The notes under the pieces are model-generated. The model was not told where the DNA came from, searched no databases, and saw only the letters and a program-made list of their open reading frames with translations. This document shows, in pieces, positions 39,719 to 49,336 of a stretch of DNA of 64,000 nt. How positions within the stretch are numbered: the stretch's first letter is position 1; each line of letters starts with the position of its first letter. The translations under genes and the position numbers were made by a program. Source of the DNA: Candidatus Nomurabacteria bacterium RIFCSPHIGHO2_01_FULL_37_25 (GTDB taxonomy: Bacteria > Patescibacteriota > Minisyncoccia > Phycocordibacterales > UBA9973); contig MFTH01000008.1 of NCBI GenBank assembly GCA_001786765.1, positions 2,939 through 66,938 on the forward strand, read 5' to 3'.

Positions 39719-40021
39719 ATGCAGATACATAACTTAAAAAGAACTCATAAAAACAAAAAGGACAGATTAGTGGGGCGTGGTGGCAAACATGCTAAAACGT
39801 CTGGTCGTGGAGGCAAGGGGCAAACGGCTCGCGCCGGCAATAAGCGTCGTCCAGAACTTCGTGACATCATTAAAAAATTGCCTAAGAATCGTGGATATCA
39901 ATTCAAGTCTATCCAGAAGATTTTTTTGCTAGGCAAGAATAAGATGATTTCTAAAGAAGAAAAACTTTCAGAGATCCGCAAGCGTCTTATGATAAAAGGT
40001 AAAAAGATAAAACTCAGATAG
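39719..40021 (+). CDS. rplO: 50S ribosomal protein L15 (short form)
   Basis: RLVGRGG..KTSGRGGKGQTAR; position before secY. Confidence 0.9.
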   Translation: MQIHNLKRTHKNKKDRLVGRGGKHAKTSGRGGKGQTARAGNKRRPELRDIIKKLPKNRGYQFKSIQKIFLLGKNKMISKEEKLSEIRKRLMIKGKKIKLR

Positions 40022-40031
40022 TCATAGTAAT

Positions 40032-41303
40032 ATGCAAAATTTTTTAAATAAAATGAAATTGGTTTGGACAGATACTACGCTACGAAAACGTGTTTTATTT
40101 GTATTTTTTGCGTTAATAGTATTTAGATTATTTTCTGCTATACCTATTCCAGGAATTGACACAATTCAACTCAATCGTTTTCTTTCCAATAATCAATTTT
40201 TTGGTATCTTAAATATATTTTCTGGAGGCGGATTGACAAATCTTTCAATAATAATGCTTGGAGTTGGTCCATACATCACTAGTTCAATTATTATGCAACT
40301 TCTCACTATCATGGTGCCTGCCTTAAAGAAGATTTACCACGAAGAGGGTGAAGCTGGTAGGAAAAAGTTTAGTCAGTATTCTAGATTGCTTACTGTTCCA
40401 CTCGCTGCCATCCAAGGTTTTGCTCTTTTAGCTATTCTTGAAAGTCAAAATATTTTAGTGAACTTAACAGTTTTTGATAGAGTCACAAATTTAATCATTG
40501 TTATTGCCGGGTCGATGTTATTAATGTGGATTGGGGAACTTGTGTCTGAATTTGGTATTGGCAATGGAGTATCACTTATAATTTTTGCGGGTATTGTGGC
40601 TCAACTTCCATCCACAATTAGCCAGTTTCTTTTTACTTTTGATGTTTCTCAGATTCCACTTTATCTTGTATTTGCCGTGGTTGGGTTGCTTGTTATTGCG
40701 GGCATTGTTCTTGTTACCGAGGCTGAACGTCCGATTCCGGTTACTTATGCCAAGCGTGTTCGTGGCATGAAGATGTATGGCGGAGGCTCAACTTATTTGC
40801 CTCTTCGCGTCAATCAAGCTGGAGTCATTCCTATAATTTTTGCTCTTTCAATTCTTCTTTTCCCTCAAATGATTGGTACTTTTTTATCCCGTTTTGATAA
40901 TGCAATTATTGCAAAAATTTCTAGTGTGCTTATTTCCTTTACACAGACTTCTATACTTTACGCAGTATTGTATTTTATTTTAGTGTTTCTTTTTACTTAT
41001 TTTTACACAGCAGTCACTTTTGACCCTGAAGCGCTTTCTACTAATTTACAAAAAAATGGCGCATTCATTCCGGGTATTCGTCCGGGCGCATCAACATCTG
41101 AATATATTTCAAAAGTTTTAACTCGTATTACTTTACTTGGCGCAGTCTTTTTAGGATTTGTTGCAGTTCTGCCTCTTATTATGCAATATCTAACAGGCAT
41201 TACCACCCTTGCCCTAGGTGGCACATCAATACTTATCGTTGTTTCTGTTGTCCTTGATCTAATAAAAAAAATAAACGCGCAGATCTCTATGCGAGAGTAT
41301 TAG
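40032..41303 (+). CDS. secY: Preprotein translocase subunit SecY
   Basis: LGVGPYI, GIGNGVSLIIF, IPGIRPG, GGTS. Confidence 0.98.
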   Translation: MQNFLNKMKLVWTDTTLRKRVLFVFFALIVFRLFSAIPIPGIDTIQLNRFLSNNQFFGILNIFSGGGLTNLSIIMLGVGPYITSSIIMQLLTIMVPALKKIYHEEGEAGRKKFSQYSRLLTVPLAAIQGFALLAILESQNILVNLTVFDRVTNLIIVIAGSMLLMWIGELVSEFGIGNGVSLIIFAGIVAQLPSTISQFLFTFDVSQIPLYLVFAVVGLLVIAGIVLVTEAERPIPVTYAKRVRGMKMYGGGSTYLPLRVNQAGVIPIIFALSILLFPQMIGTFLSRFDNAIIAKISSVLISFTQTSILYAVLYFILVFLFTYFYTAVTFDPEALSTNLQKNGAFIPGIRPGASTSEYISKVLTRITLLGAVFLGFVAVLPLIMQYLTGITTLALGGTSILIVVSVVLDLIKKINAQISMREY

Positions 41304-41874
41304 ATTTCTCTATCCATTTTTTATATTCTGTTAAAATGATTTTAACAACTTGCTTGAGGTTGTTTTTATTTGTATCTATGACCAGGTCAAAGTTTTTATG
41401 GTCGGCATGATTTTCTATTCCATATAATTCTTTATACCTATTTTTTTCACTTTCCCGACGCGAGATTATTTTCTCATAAATTTCTTCTAGATTTTTTACC
41501 CCTTCACTTTTTCTGCGTAAATCATTCTCTTTTAAATTATTAAAGATTCTTTCTTTTGCAATTTCTGGTTTGAGATCCAGGTAAACTTTAAATGACTCTG
41601 GAATCCAATGAAAAGCTAGGCGAGAATCAATTATAATTTTTTCCATTTTTCCGGCTTTACGAACTTCATTATCTATTTTTTTATCTACGCTTGAATCTTT
41701 TTCTGCCACAATACTAAGCTCGTTTAGAGAAACGCCAAGTAGAGTAGCTATTTTTCGCATAAAATCTCCAGAAGAAAATCTTTTCCACCCAAGTTCTTCT
41801 GCTATAGCGTCTGCCGTGCTGGATTTTCCACTTCCAAGCGTCCCCGTGATTGTTATAATTTCTTTTTTCTTCAT
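41287..41874 (-). CDS. cmk: Cytidylate kinase, archaeal-type family
   Basis: ITITGTLGSGKS, G..MR..A, DSRLA, RY..LYG. Confidence 0.75.
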   Translation of the reverse strand: MKKKEIITITGTLGSGKSSTADAIAEELGWKRFSSGDFMRKIATLLGVSLNELSIVAEKDSSVDKKIDNEVRKAGKMEKIIIDSRLAFHWIPESFKVYLDLKPEIAKERIFNNLKENDLRRKSEGVKNLEEIYEKIISRRESEKNRYKELYGIENHADHKNFDLVIDTNKNNLKQVVKIILTEYKKWIEKSNTLA

Positions 41875-41964
41875 ATTACTTGTTGGTTACTTTGTAATTA
41901 AAACATATTTTTAGGCAAAAAGATAACATTGATTTTTAAGGCTAAATTTTGTATTGTTAACTAT

Positions 41965-42558
41965 ATGCAACCACAGACTTTTGTATTTTATGGAATAGTT
42001 GGCTCGGGCAAGGGAACACAGGTCAAGTTATTGACAGATTATATAAAAAATAAATACGGGAAGGATTGTGTTTATATTGGCACGGGGGAAATTTTTAGAA
42101 AAATCATTGAATCTAGAGATAATAATTTCGATACAAACACTGTAAAAGAGTTCCTAAATTCTGGAAGACTGGTCCCGGACGAAATGACAAACAAGTTTGT
42201 GGCTGAAGCTGTCAGATTAAATTCATCTAGAGAAGAGCATCTGATTTTTGATGGATATCCGAGAACTGTAAATCAATCAGAAAAATTTATGGACTTGCTG
42301 AAATCAGTCAAAAGATATAATGTGAAAATTATTTATATTGAAGTTGGTAAAGAGGAGGCTATGAAAAGGAATCTTTTGCGGGGTAGGCATGATGACACAA
42401 GAGAGGGGTTAGCAAAAAGATTTGATGAATATGTGAACAATGTGATTCCATCAATGAATTATTTTAAGGATAAAGAGGATTATATGATTTATAAAATAAA
42501 TGGAGAACAAATAGTCGAAAATGTGCACAAAGATATTATCAAATCATTGGGGATTTAG
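41965..42558 (+). CDS. adk: Adenylate kinase family
   Basis: GSGKGTQ, GRLVPD, FDGYPR, RHDD. Confidence 0.85.
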   Translation: MQPQTFVFYGIVGSGKGTQVKLLTDYIKNKYGKDCVYIGTGEIFRKIIESRDNNFDTNTVKEFLNSGRLVPDEMTNKFVAEAVRLNSSREEHLIFDGYPRTVNQSEKFMDLLKSVKRYNVKIIYIEVGKEEAMKRNLLRGRHDDTREGLAKRFDEYVNNVIPSMNYFKDKEDYMIYKINGEQIVENVHKDIIKSLGI

Positions 42559-42559
42559 T

Positions 42560-43240
42560 ATGCAAGAAACAATAATAATTTCACTTGGCGGGTCATTAAT
42601 TGTGCCGGATAGTATAGATATTGATTTTCTTAAATCTTTCAAGGATTTAATTCTCTCGCATGTTTCTAAGGGGAAAAAATTTGTAATTATTACCGGTGGA
42701 GGGAAAGTTTGTCGAAGATATCAAGAAGCAGCCAAAGAACTTGCTAGCCCTTCTGATGAAGATTTAGATTGGATAGGTATTGCATCCTTGAAAGTAAACG
42801 CCGAATTAATGCGAATTATTTTTGGTGAATATGCTCAAAATGAAGTAATTTCTAACCTTTCAGTTCCTTTTTCTTTTGAAAAACCAATAATTATTGGATC
42901 AGCTTATGCTCCTAAGCGGAGCACAGACTATGATGCGGTTTTGGCTTCCAAATCAATTAATGCAAAAAAAATTATTAATCTCTCAAATATTGATTATGTC
43001 TATGATTCTGACCCAAAAGTTAACCTAAATGCCAAGAAAATTGAAAAGATATCTTGGGCAGACTACCGAGCCATTATTCCCAAAAAATGGACTTCTGGAC
43101 TTAATTCTCCCTTTGATCCTGTAGCTTCTGAAATGGCTCAAAAAGAAGGTATGCAGGTGATAATTATGAACGGCAAGCCAATTGATAACTTGTCAAAGTG
43201 TTTGAGTGGAGATAAGTTTTTAGGGACAATAATTTCTTAA
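42560..43240 (+). CDS. pyrH: UMP kinase (archaeal-like)
   Basis: ISLGGS, GGG..CRRYQ, STD, YDSDP, PFDP. Confidence 0.85.
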   Translation: MQETIIISLGGSLIVPDSIDIDFLKSFKDLILSHVSKGKKFVIITGGGKVCRRYQEAAKELASPSDEDLDWIGIASLKVNAELMRIIFGEYAQNEVISNLSVPFSFEKPIIIGSAYAPKRSTDYDAVLASKSINAKKIINLSNIDYVYDSDPKVNLNAKKIEKISWADYRAIIPKKWTSGLNSPFDPVASEMAQKEGMQVIIMNGKPIDNLSKCLSGDKFLGTIIS

Positions 43241-43242
43241 TT

Positions 43243-44028
43243 ATGATAATTATCAAAACATCAGAGGAAATAAAAATACTGCGAGAGGGCGGCAAACGTT
43301 TAGCGACTGTTCTTTATAAAGTGAAAGACATGGTCAAGCCCGGTGTTTCTACAAAAGATTTAGATATATATGCGGAGGACTTAATCAGAAATATGGGTGA
43401 CGAGCCAGCTTTTTTAAATTATCGTCCAGAGGGAGCAGAGTATCCTTTTCCCGCATCTTTGTGTGTATCGGTCAATGACGAGGTTGTGCACGGGATTCCA
43501 AACAAGAAAAGAATATTAAAAGAAGGCGACATTGTTTCGCTTGATCTAGGTGTTAAACACAAGGGTCTTTTTACAGATATGGCGATTACCATACCTGTCG
43601 GCGCTGTCAGTTCTATTAATCAAAAACTTATGGATACAACCGAGCAAGCTCTAAAGGCGGGTGTTGACGCGGCGCGCTCTGGAGGCACTGTAGGAGATAT
43701 TGGTTTTGCTGTGGAAAGTTTTATACGTTCAAAAGACAAGAAAAACAATATGCAATATGGCATTGTGGAAGTTCTCTCGGGACATGGAGTGGGTCGCGCG
43801 ATTCACGAAGATCCGTATATTCCAAATTTTGGAAAGAAAGGTAAAGGAGCAAAGCTGATTCCCGGTATGGTTATAGCCATAGAGCCAATGATTAATTTAG
43901 GCGCTAAGAATGTAACACTAGAAACTGATGGCTATACTTTTCGTACAGCTGACAGAAAAAACAGCGCTCATTTTGAGAATACGATTTTAATCACTGACGG
44001 TGAACCTGAGATTTTAACTAAGATTTAG
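43243..44028 (+). CDS. map: Methionine aminopeptidase
   Basis: VNDEVVHGIP, GHGVG..IHEDP, AIEPM, SAHFE. Confidence 0.97.
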   Translation: MIIIKTSEEIKILREGGKRLATVLYKVKDMVKPGVSTKDLDIYAEDLIRNMGDEPAFLNYRPEGAEYPFPASLCVSVNDEVVHGIPNKKRILKEGDIVSLDLGVKHKGLFTDMAITIPVGAVSSINQKLMDTTEQALKAGVDAARSGGTVGDIGFAVESFIRSKDKKNNMQYGIVEVLSGHGVGRAIHEDPYIPNFGKKGKGAKLIPGMVIAIEPMINLGAKNVTLETDGYTFRTADRKNSAHFENTILITDGEPEILTKI

Positions 44029-44049
44029 TTTTTTTGATATAATAAATTG

Positions 44050-46818
44050 ATGGACTCATCATTTTTTCAGGAAATGCCAAAGTTTAAGAATCCCGAAGAG
44101 GAGCTTGAATATTTGCGCGCTCATGTTGCCAAACGCGAAGAGGAACTTGTAAAAACAGGACACTTTGAAAATGCGAAAGAAAATGCCGCGCGCGAAGTTG
44201 TGGGAGCCTATAAAGAGCTTCCAGCAAAACAAGTAGTGCATAGCAGTCATATTATAAGTGAAAAAGAAGCGCAAGGCATAGTTTTAGCTCTTCGGCCTGA
44301 ATCGCATGATAATGTGATGGAGGAACTTTTAGGTATTGTCATTACAAAAGGAATCCGTAATGCTCTCTCGGTAGTGGAAGCAATGGGCAATCCTCACGTT
44401 GACGATGATTTTCACAGATTGCTGGTTCAATATTTAAAAACTGGACAAATAATCCCAGATATTAAAGAAGGCACGCCTTTGCATAAGTCTCTCAATATGA
44501 CGCTTTTTGAAATCACCCTTCCGCCTCCTGCGGAGGAAGCTGACAAGTCAAAAAACTTCAAAGAGTTCATCGGTGCGATGGAGCAATTTTATGCAGGCAT
44601 GCAGTCTATTTCGGTAGATAAAAAAAATGAAAAGGAAATTTATTTTACACTTGAAGTGGCGCTTAGCAATCAAAATGACGAAGTAATCATTTATGCGGGC
44701 ATTCCAAACAAGCATCTCTCGCTTTTTGAAAAACAGATTTTGGCGTTTTATCATAATGCAAAAATTCACGAAATCGCGGATGATTATAATATTTTTAATG
44801 CTTCTGGCGGTTCAGTCGGAGCTTATGCGAGTTTTTCTGAACGAGGGGTGATGCCTATTAAAACTTATGACAATATAGAACATGATCCGATGAATATGAT
44901 ATTGAATGTTTTTTCTAAGTTAAAGACGGAAGGCGAAGGCGCGGCGATTCAGCTCGTGGTCGCTCCTGCTGGTGATAAATTTATAAATGAATTTCATATG
45001 ATTTTAGATGATGTGAAAGATGGCATGTCTGTAAAAAACGCGGCAGATGATTTATATAAGTTCAATCGGGCTTTGATTAAGGTGGGTAAAGAACTTTTTT
45101 TTGGACATAAAGAAAAACAACCAGAGGGAAAAAACCAAGATAAATATATGAAAGGCAGACGCGCAGTAGATGAGGGAGCTGTCGAGAAGATAGGCAATAA
45201 GATAAAAAGTACCATTATGAAAGCTAACATTCGTATTATCGCCTCTGCAGAAAATAAAGAGAGAGCAGAAGCCATACTGCAAGAAATAAAGTCTTCCTTT
45301 AATCAATTTTCTGAAGCGGCTAGCAATTCATTTATTTTTGAAGAAGCTCACGGCAGTGATTTGAAAAAACTTTTTCATGATTTCTCATATCGTTCTTTTT
45401 CTTCAGATAAAATTCTTCCGCTTAATTTGAAAGAGCTTGCTTCGGTGTTTCATTTTCCAGTTGGTAGTAGCCAGCCACAACTGAAAGAAGCTAAGGCAGG
45501 CATCGCGCCTGCGCCACTTGAGTTAAAAAACGAGGGAATAATTTTAGGAGTAAATAGTTATAGAGGAAAAGAGACTGAAGTTCATTTGGCTCGCGAAGAC
45601 CGAATGAGGCATTTTTATGTGATTGGTCAGACCGGAACAGGTAAAACTAACATAATGCTTAATATGATAACTCAAGACATCAGAAATGGCGATGGATGCT
45701 GTTATATTGACCCGCATGGCACGGACATTCAGACTATTTTGTCGCGTATTCCAAAAGAACGCATTGATGATGTTATTTATTTTGATCCGGCTTACACTCC
45801 TCGTCCAATGGGATTAAATATGCTTGAATACGATACTAAATATCCGGAGCAGAAGACTTTCGTAGTGAACGAACTGATGGGGATTTTTAATAAACTTTTT
45901 GATATGAAAGTGGGGGGTGGAGCGATGTTTGAGCAATATTTTAGAAATAGCGCGTTTCTTGTGATGGAAGATCCAGAATCTGGTTCAACACTTCTTGAAA
46001 TCACTCGTGTTCTTGCTGACAAAGAATTCAGAGATATGAAACTAGAAAGATGTAAAAATCCTATCATTAAACAATTTTGGATTTCCGCTGAGCAGACAAC
46101 CGGGGACCAATCTTTAGCAAACTTTGTGCCGTACATTTCTTCAAAATTTGATAACTTTATCAGCAATGACATAATGCGTCCTGTCGTGCTTCAACAAAAT
46201 TCAGTTTTCAATTTCCGCAAAATTATGGACGAGAAAAAGATTCTTTTAGTGAATCTCTCTAAAGGTAGGTTGGGAGATATAAATGCGAATTTGATAGGTT
46301 TAGTGCTCGTGGGGAAAATTCAAATGGCTGCGTTGTCGCGGGTGGATATGTTTGGCAAACCAATGAATGATTTTTATCTTTATATTGATGAATTTCAAAA
46401 TGTGACGACTGACTCTATCGCGTCCATTTTGTCCGAAGCTCGTAAGTATAGACTTTCACTCAATATCGCGCATCAATATATTACGCAACTTGAAGAGAAT
46501 ATTAAAAATGCGGTTTTTGGCAATGTCGGAGGAATGGCAGTTTTTCGTGTTGGCACCGAAGATGCCACCTTTCTGGAATCAAAATTTAAACCTCAATTTA
46601 CAGCTCAAGATATCACCAAACTCGATAATTACAATGCCTATATCAGCATGTTGGTAAATGGTCAACCGGTAAAACCTTTCAACTTGAGAACCCTAGCGCC
46701 AGAGAAAGGCAATCCTGATATTGTGGATAGTCTGAAAGAACTCTCTTATGTAAAATACGGCAGAGACAGAGAAGAAGTGGAAAACGAAATTATGGGGAGA
46801 TATAAATCAATGGAATAA
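44050..46818 (+). CDS. VirD4/HerA-like coupling ATPase
   Basis: RHFYVIGQTGTGKT, IDPHG, YIDEFQN, LSEARKYR. Confidence 0.85.
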   Translation: MDSSFFQEMPKFKNPEEELEYLRAHVAKREEELVKTGHFENAKENAAREVVGAYKELPAKQVVHSSHIISEKEAQGIVLALRPESHDNVMEELLGIVITKGIRNALSVVEAMGNPHVDDDFHRLLVQYLKTGQIIPDIKEGTPLHKSLNMTLFEITLPPPAEEADKSKNFKEFIGAMEQFYAGMQSISVDKKNEKEIYFTLEVALSNQNDEVIIYAGIPNKHLSLFEKQILAFYHNAKIHEIADDYNIFNASGGSVGAYASFSERGVMPIKTYDNIEHDPMNMILNVFSKLKTEGEGAAIQLVVAPAGDKFINEFHMILDDVKDGMSVKNAADDLYKFNRALIKVGKELFFGHKEKQPEGKNQDKYMKGRRAVDEGAVEKIGNKIKSTIMKANIRIIASAENKERAEAILQEIKSSFNQFSEAASNSFIFEEAHGSDLKKLFHDFSYRSFSSDKILPLNLKELASVFHFPVGSSQPQLKEAKAGIAPAPLELKNEGIILGVNSYRGKETEVHLAREDRMRHFYVIGQTGTGKTNIMLNMITQDIRNGDGCCYIDPHGTDIQTILSRIPKERIDDVIYFDPAYTPRPMGLNMLEYDTKYPEQKTFVVNELMGIFNKLFDMKVGGGAMFEQYFRNSAFLVMEDPESGSTLLEITRVLADKEFRDMKLERCKNPIIKQFWISAEQTTGDQSLANFVPYISSKFDNFISNDIMRPVVLQQNSVFNFRKIMDEKKILLVNLSKGRLGDINANLIGLVLVGKIQMAALSRVDMFGKPMNDFYLYIDEFQNVTTDSIASILSEARKYRLSLNIAHQYITQLEENIKNAVFGNVGGMAVFRVGTEDATFLESKFKPQFTAQDITKLDNYNAYISMLVNGQPVKPFNLRTLAPEKGNPDIVDSLKELSYVKYGRDREEVENEIMGRYKSME

Positions 46819-46819
46819 A

Positions 46820-47401
46820 ATGGATATGGAAGAGTTTGAAATAAAATTCTTAGAAGTTGATGTGCCGGAATTAGAGAAGAAACTCTTGTCTATTGGCGCA
46901 AAGAAAGTGGGGGAGTATGATTATAGTCGGACTATTTTTTATTCTGCTGATACGAATATGGAAAAGAAAAAAGGCTGGATTAGAGTGCGAACTGATGGCA
47001 GAGAAACGACGTTGGCTTACAAAGAAAATATTAAAGAAAAACAAGAAGATGGAAGTATGAAAAATGTTGGGATGAAAGAGATAGAAGTAATGGTAGATGA
47101 TTATGAAAAAACTTGCCAGCTTGTTAAGGCAACAGGGTTTTTAGAAAATCAAAAAGAAAAAAACAGAAGAATACGTTATGTAAAAGGGGAAGTAGTTTTC
47201 GATATTGATTTTTGGCCACAAATTCCTACATATTTAGAAATTGAATCAAGTTCCTTCGAGAAAGCTAAAAATGCCGCGCGAGAACTTGGTTTTGATCCAG
47301 AAATTGGTATTATAGGTACAGCTGGGACTGTTTATAAAAAATACGGCTATAATATAAACGATTATTCTTCCATAACTTTTGAAGGAATGATTAAAAAATA
47401 A
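46820..47401 (+). CDS. CYTH domain protein
   Basis: EFEIKF, IRVR, EIE, YLEIE motifs. Confidence 0.85.
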   Translation: MDMEEFEIKFLEVDVPELEKKLLSIGAKKVGEYDYSRTIFYSADTNMEKKKGWIRVRTDGRETTLAYKENIKEKQEDGSMKNVGMKEIEVMVDDYEKTCQLVKATGFLENQKEKNRRIRYVKGEVVFDIDFWPQIPTYLEIESSSFEKAKNAARELGFDPEIGIIGTAGTVYKKYGYNINDYSSITFEGMIKK

Positions 47402-47438
47402 TTTTGCAAAATTATTTTTTTCTGCTAGAATAGATTTT

Positions 47439-48023
47439 ATGAAACATCCAAAAGAAGAGAGGACATATGTGATGCTAAAGCCTGATGGAGTACGAAAGGG
47501 CTTAACGGGGGAGATTATTCGTCGCTTTGAACAACGCGATCTAAAGATCATAGCGCTGGAAATGTTCCAGCCTTCGCATGACCAAATAGATAATCATTAT
47601 CCAAAGAACGAAGAATGGATTACTCGACTTGGGCATAAAACTCTCACGACTTATGAGAAATATGGTTACGACGCTATGCTTGATTTTGGAACTCTAGAAC
47701 CTGAAAAAATTGGTCCGGAAATTCGCAAATGGTTGATTGATTACATGAAATCAGCGCCATTGGTAAAAATGGTTGTGCAAGGGGTGCATGCAGTTGATGT
47801 TGTTCGTAAAATAGCTGGCGATACGATGCCATACAAAGCAGATATGGGCACAATTCGGGGAGATTTTTCTATAGATAGTCCGGCATTGGCTAATAAAGAA
47901 AAACGCGCAGTGATGAATATTATTCATTGCTCCGAAACTCCAGAAGAAGCGGAGCACGAAATAAAACACTGGTTCGGCGAAGGAAAAACCTACGACTATA
48001 AACGTTTTGGTGTGGATGAATAA
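47439..48023 (+). CDS. ndk: Nucleoside-diphosphate kinase
   Basis: ERTYVMLKPDG, GTIRGD, NIIHCS. Confidence 0.95.
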   Translation: MKHPKEERTYVMLKPDGVRKGLTGEIIRRFEQRDLKIIALEMFQPSHDQIDNHYPKNEEWITRLGHKTLTTYEKYGYDAMLDFGTLEPEKIGPEIRKWLIDYMKSAPLVKMVVQGVHAVDVVRKIAGDTMPYKADMGTIRGDFSIDSPALANKEKRAVMNIIHCSETPEEAEHEIKHWFGEGKTYDYKRFGVDE

Positions 48024-48053
48024 AAAAAACGGAAGCCTTGCTTCCGTTTTTTA
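48024..48053. terminator. Bidirectional terminator-like palindrome
   Basis: AAAAAACGGAAGC-CTT-GCTTCCGTTTTTT; same unit occurs inverted inside murB. Confidence 0.75.
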
Positions 48054-48062
48054 CATTAATTT

Positions 48063-48530
48063 ATGTATAATCACGAACCAGAAAATTATATTTGTCCTTT
48101 GTGCCAAATTTCACAAGGAGAAGTTACAGAGAAAGGTGATCAAGAAGGATCGATAATCTTTAGAGATACATTTATCACTGTTTTCATTGCTGGTAAATGG
48201 TGGAAATCAAATTTAGGACATGTAATAATTATTCCTAACGAACACATAGAAAATATCTATGATATGTCGGAAGAAATAGGTCATAAAATTTTTGATTTTT
48301 CTAAGAAAATAGCTGTGGCCTTAAAAGAAGCTTATAAATGTGATGGTATTTCCACAAGGCAACACAATGAGCCTGATGGTAATCAAGATGTTTATCATTA
48401 TCATCTACATATTTTTCCTCGATATAAAGGAGATAATTTATATTTAAACCATGAAGATACTTACTGGCCAACTCAAGAAGAAAAACAACCGTATGTTGAT
48501 AAGCTAAAAGCTTTTTTATCTAAAAGTTAA
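48063..48530 (+). CDS. HIT family protein
   Basis: CPLC and HYHLHIFPR histidine triad. Confidence 0.92.
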   Translation: MYNHEPENYICPLCQISQGEVTEKGDQEGSIIFRDTFITVFIAGKWWKSNLGHVIIIPNEHIENIYDMSEEIGHKIFDFSKKIAVALKEAYKCDGISTRQHNEPDGNQDVYHYHLHIFPRYKGDNLYLNHEDTYWPTQEEKQPYVDKLKAFLSKS

Positions 48531-48592
48531 TTCAGAAACAAAAAATTGTCTTTGTCTAGTTGCTTATATTAATGACCTTGCTATAATTTCAG

Positions 48593-48718
48593 TAGGGTTA
48601 TTTCCGATCATTACCTAGAACACTAAATTATGGGAGTTTCGATCGAGTGTAACTTTGGTTGCGCGCGTCTAACACCCACGTAGCTATAAGCTATGGTAAT
48701 ACATCAGAAATAGTCCTA
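48593..48718 (+). ncRNA. Candidate 6S-like structured RNA
   Basis: Long closing stem, central bubble, inner stem; TATAAT upstream and terminator hairpin at 48727-48757. Confidence 0.55.
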
Positions 48719-48855
48719 AGAAGAACTCCGCTACCGATTATTTTGGGCGGATTTTTTCTTGTAAAATAGGTATATGGATTACCATATAGCAATGGCGTTC
48801 GGACATTAAACAAATAAATTTGTTTCTGCTTCTCTCTTATTGCTATAATACTGGA

Positions 48856-49251
48856 ATGGACAGAAGAAAGCTCATAAAAACTTTAATATACCTTATTTTT
48901 TTAATTTTTTTAGTAAATTTTTTCGCAAATAAATTCTACTGGTATTCTTCTATTTGGTATTTTGATATGATTATGCATTTTTTGGGCGGATTTTGGGTTG
49001 GGCTTGCCTATTTCTATATTTTTCTACTCCAAAATATGTCTAGTAGATTAATTTTCAAAATATTATTTTCAGTATTAATTATTGGTGTCGGCTGGGAAGT
49101 ATATGAAATCTTAGTGAACGATATTCTTGCGCAAAATCCTTTTAATTATATAGACACTGTGTCTGATTTATTTTTTGACTTATTCGGCGGTTTATGTGCT
49201 ATTCTTTATTTATGGATCCCGTTAGAGATTAAAAAGTTTAATATAAAATAA
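48856..49251 (+). CDS. Hypothetical membrane protein
   Basis: D...HFLGG, WE..E, DT..DL..D motifs; C-terminus supplied by the inserted element. Confidence 0.75.
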   Translation: MDRRKLIKTLIYLIFLIFLVNFFANKFYWYSSIWYFDMIMHFLGGFWVGLAYFYIFLLQNMSSRLIFKILFSVLIIGVGWEVYEILVNDILAQNPFNYIDTVSDLFFDLFGGLCAILYLWIPLEIKKFNIK

Positions 49252-49336
49252 AAAATATATTTATGATCAAATTGATTAAAATATTAATAGTAATTAAGGG
49301 TACGGAAATCTAAAGATTTCCTATCTCTAACGGGAT
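49216..49336. mobile_element. Start-codon TIR element copy 6 (before MBL hydrolase gene)
   Basis: ATCCCGTTAGAGAT...ATCTCTAACGGGAT; ATGGA on both sides. Confidence 0.88.

Noticed and set aside
44050-46818. Conjugative element suggested by the VirD4-like ATPase
   Set aside because: No relaxase, VirB genes or boundaries; the gene sits among housekeeping genes.
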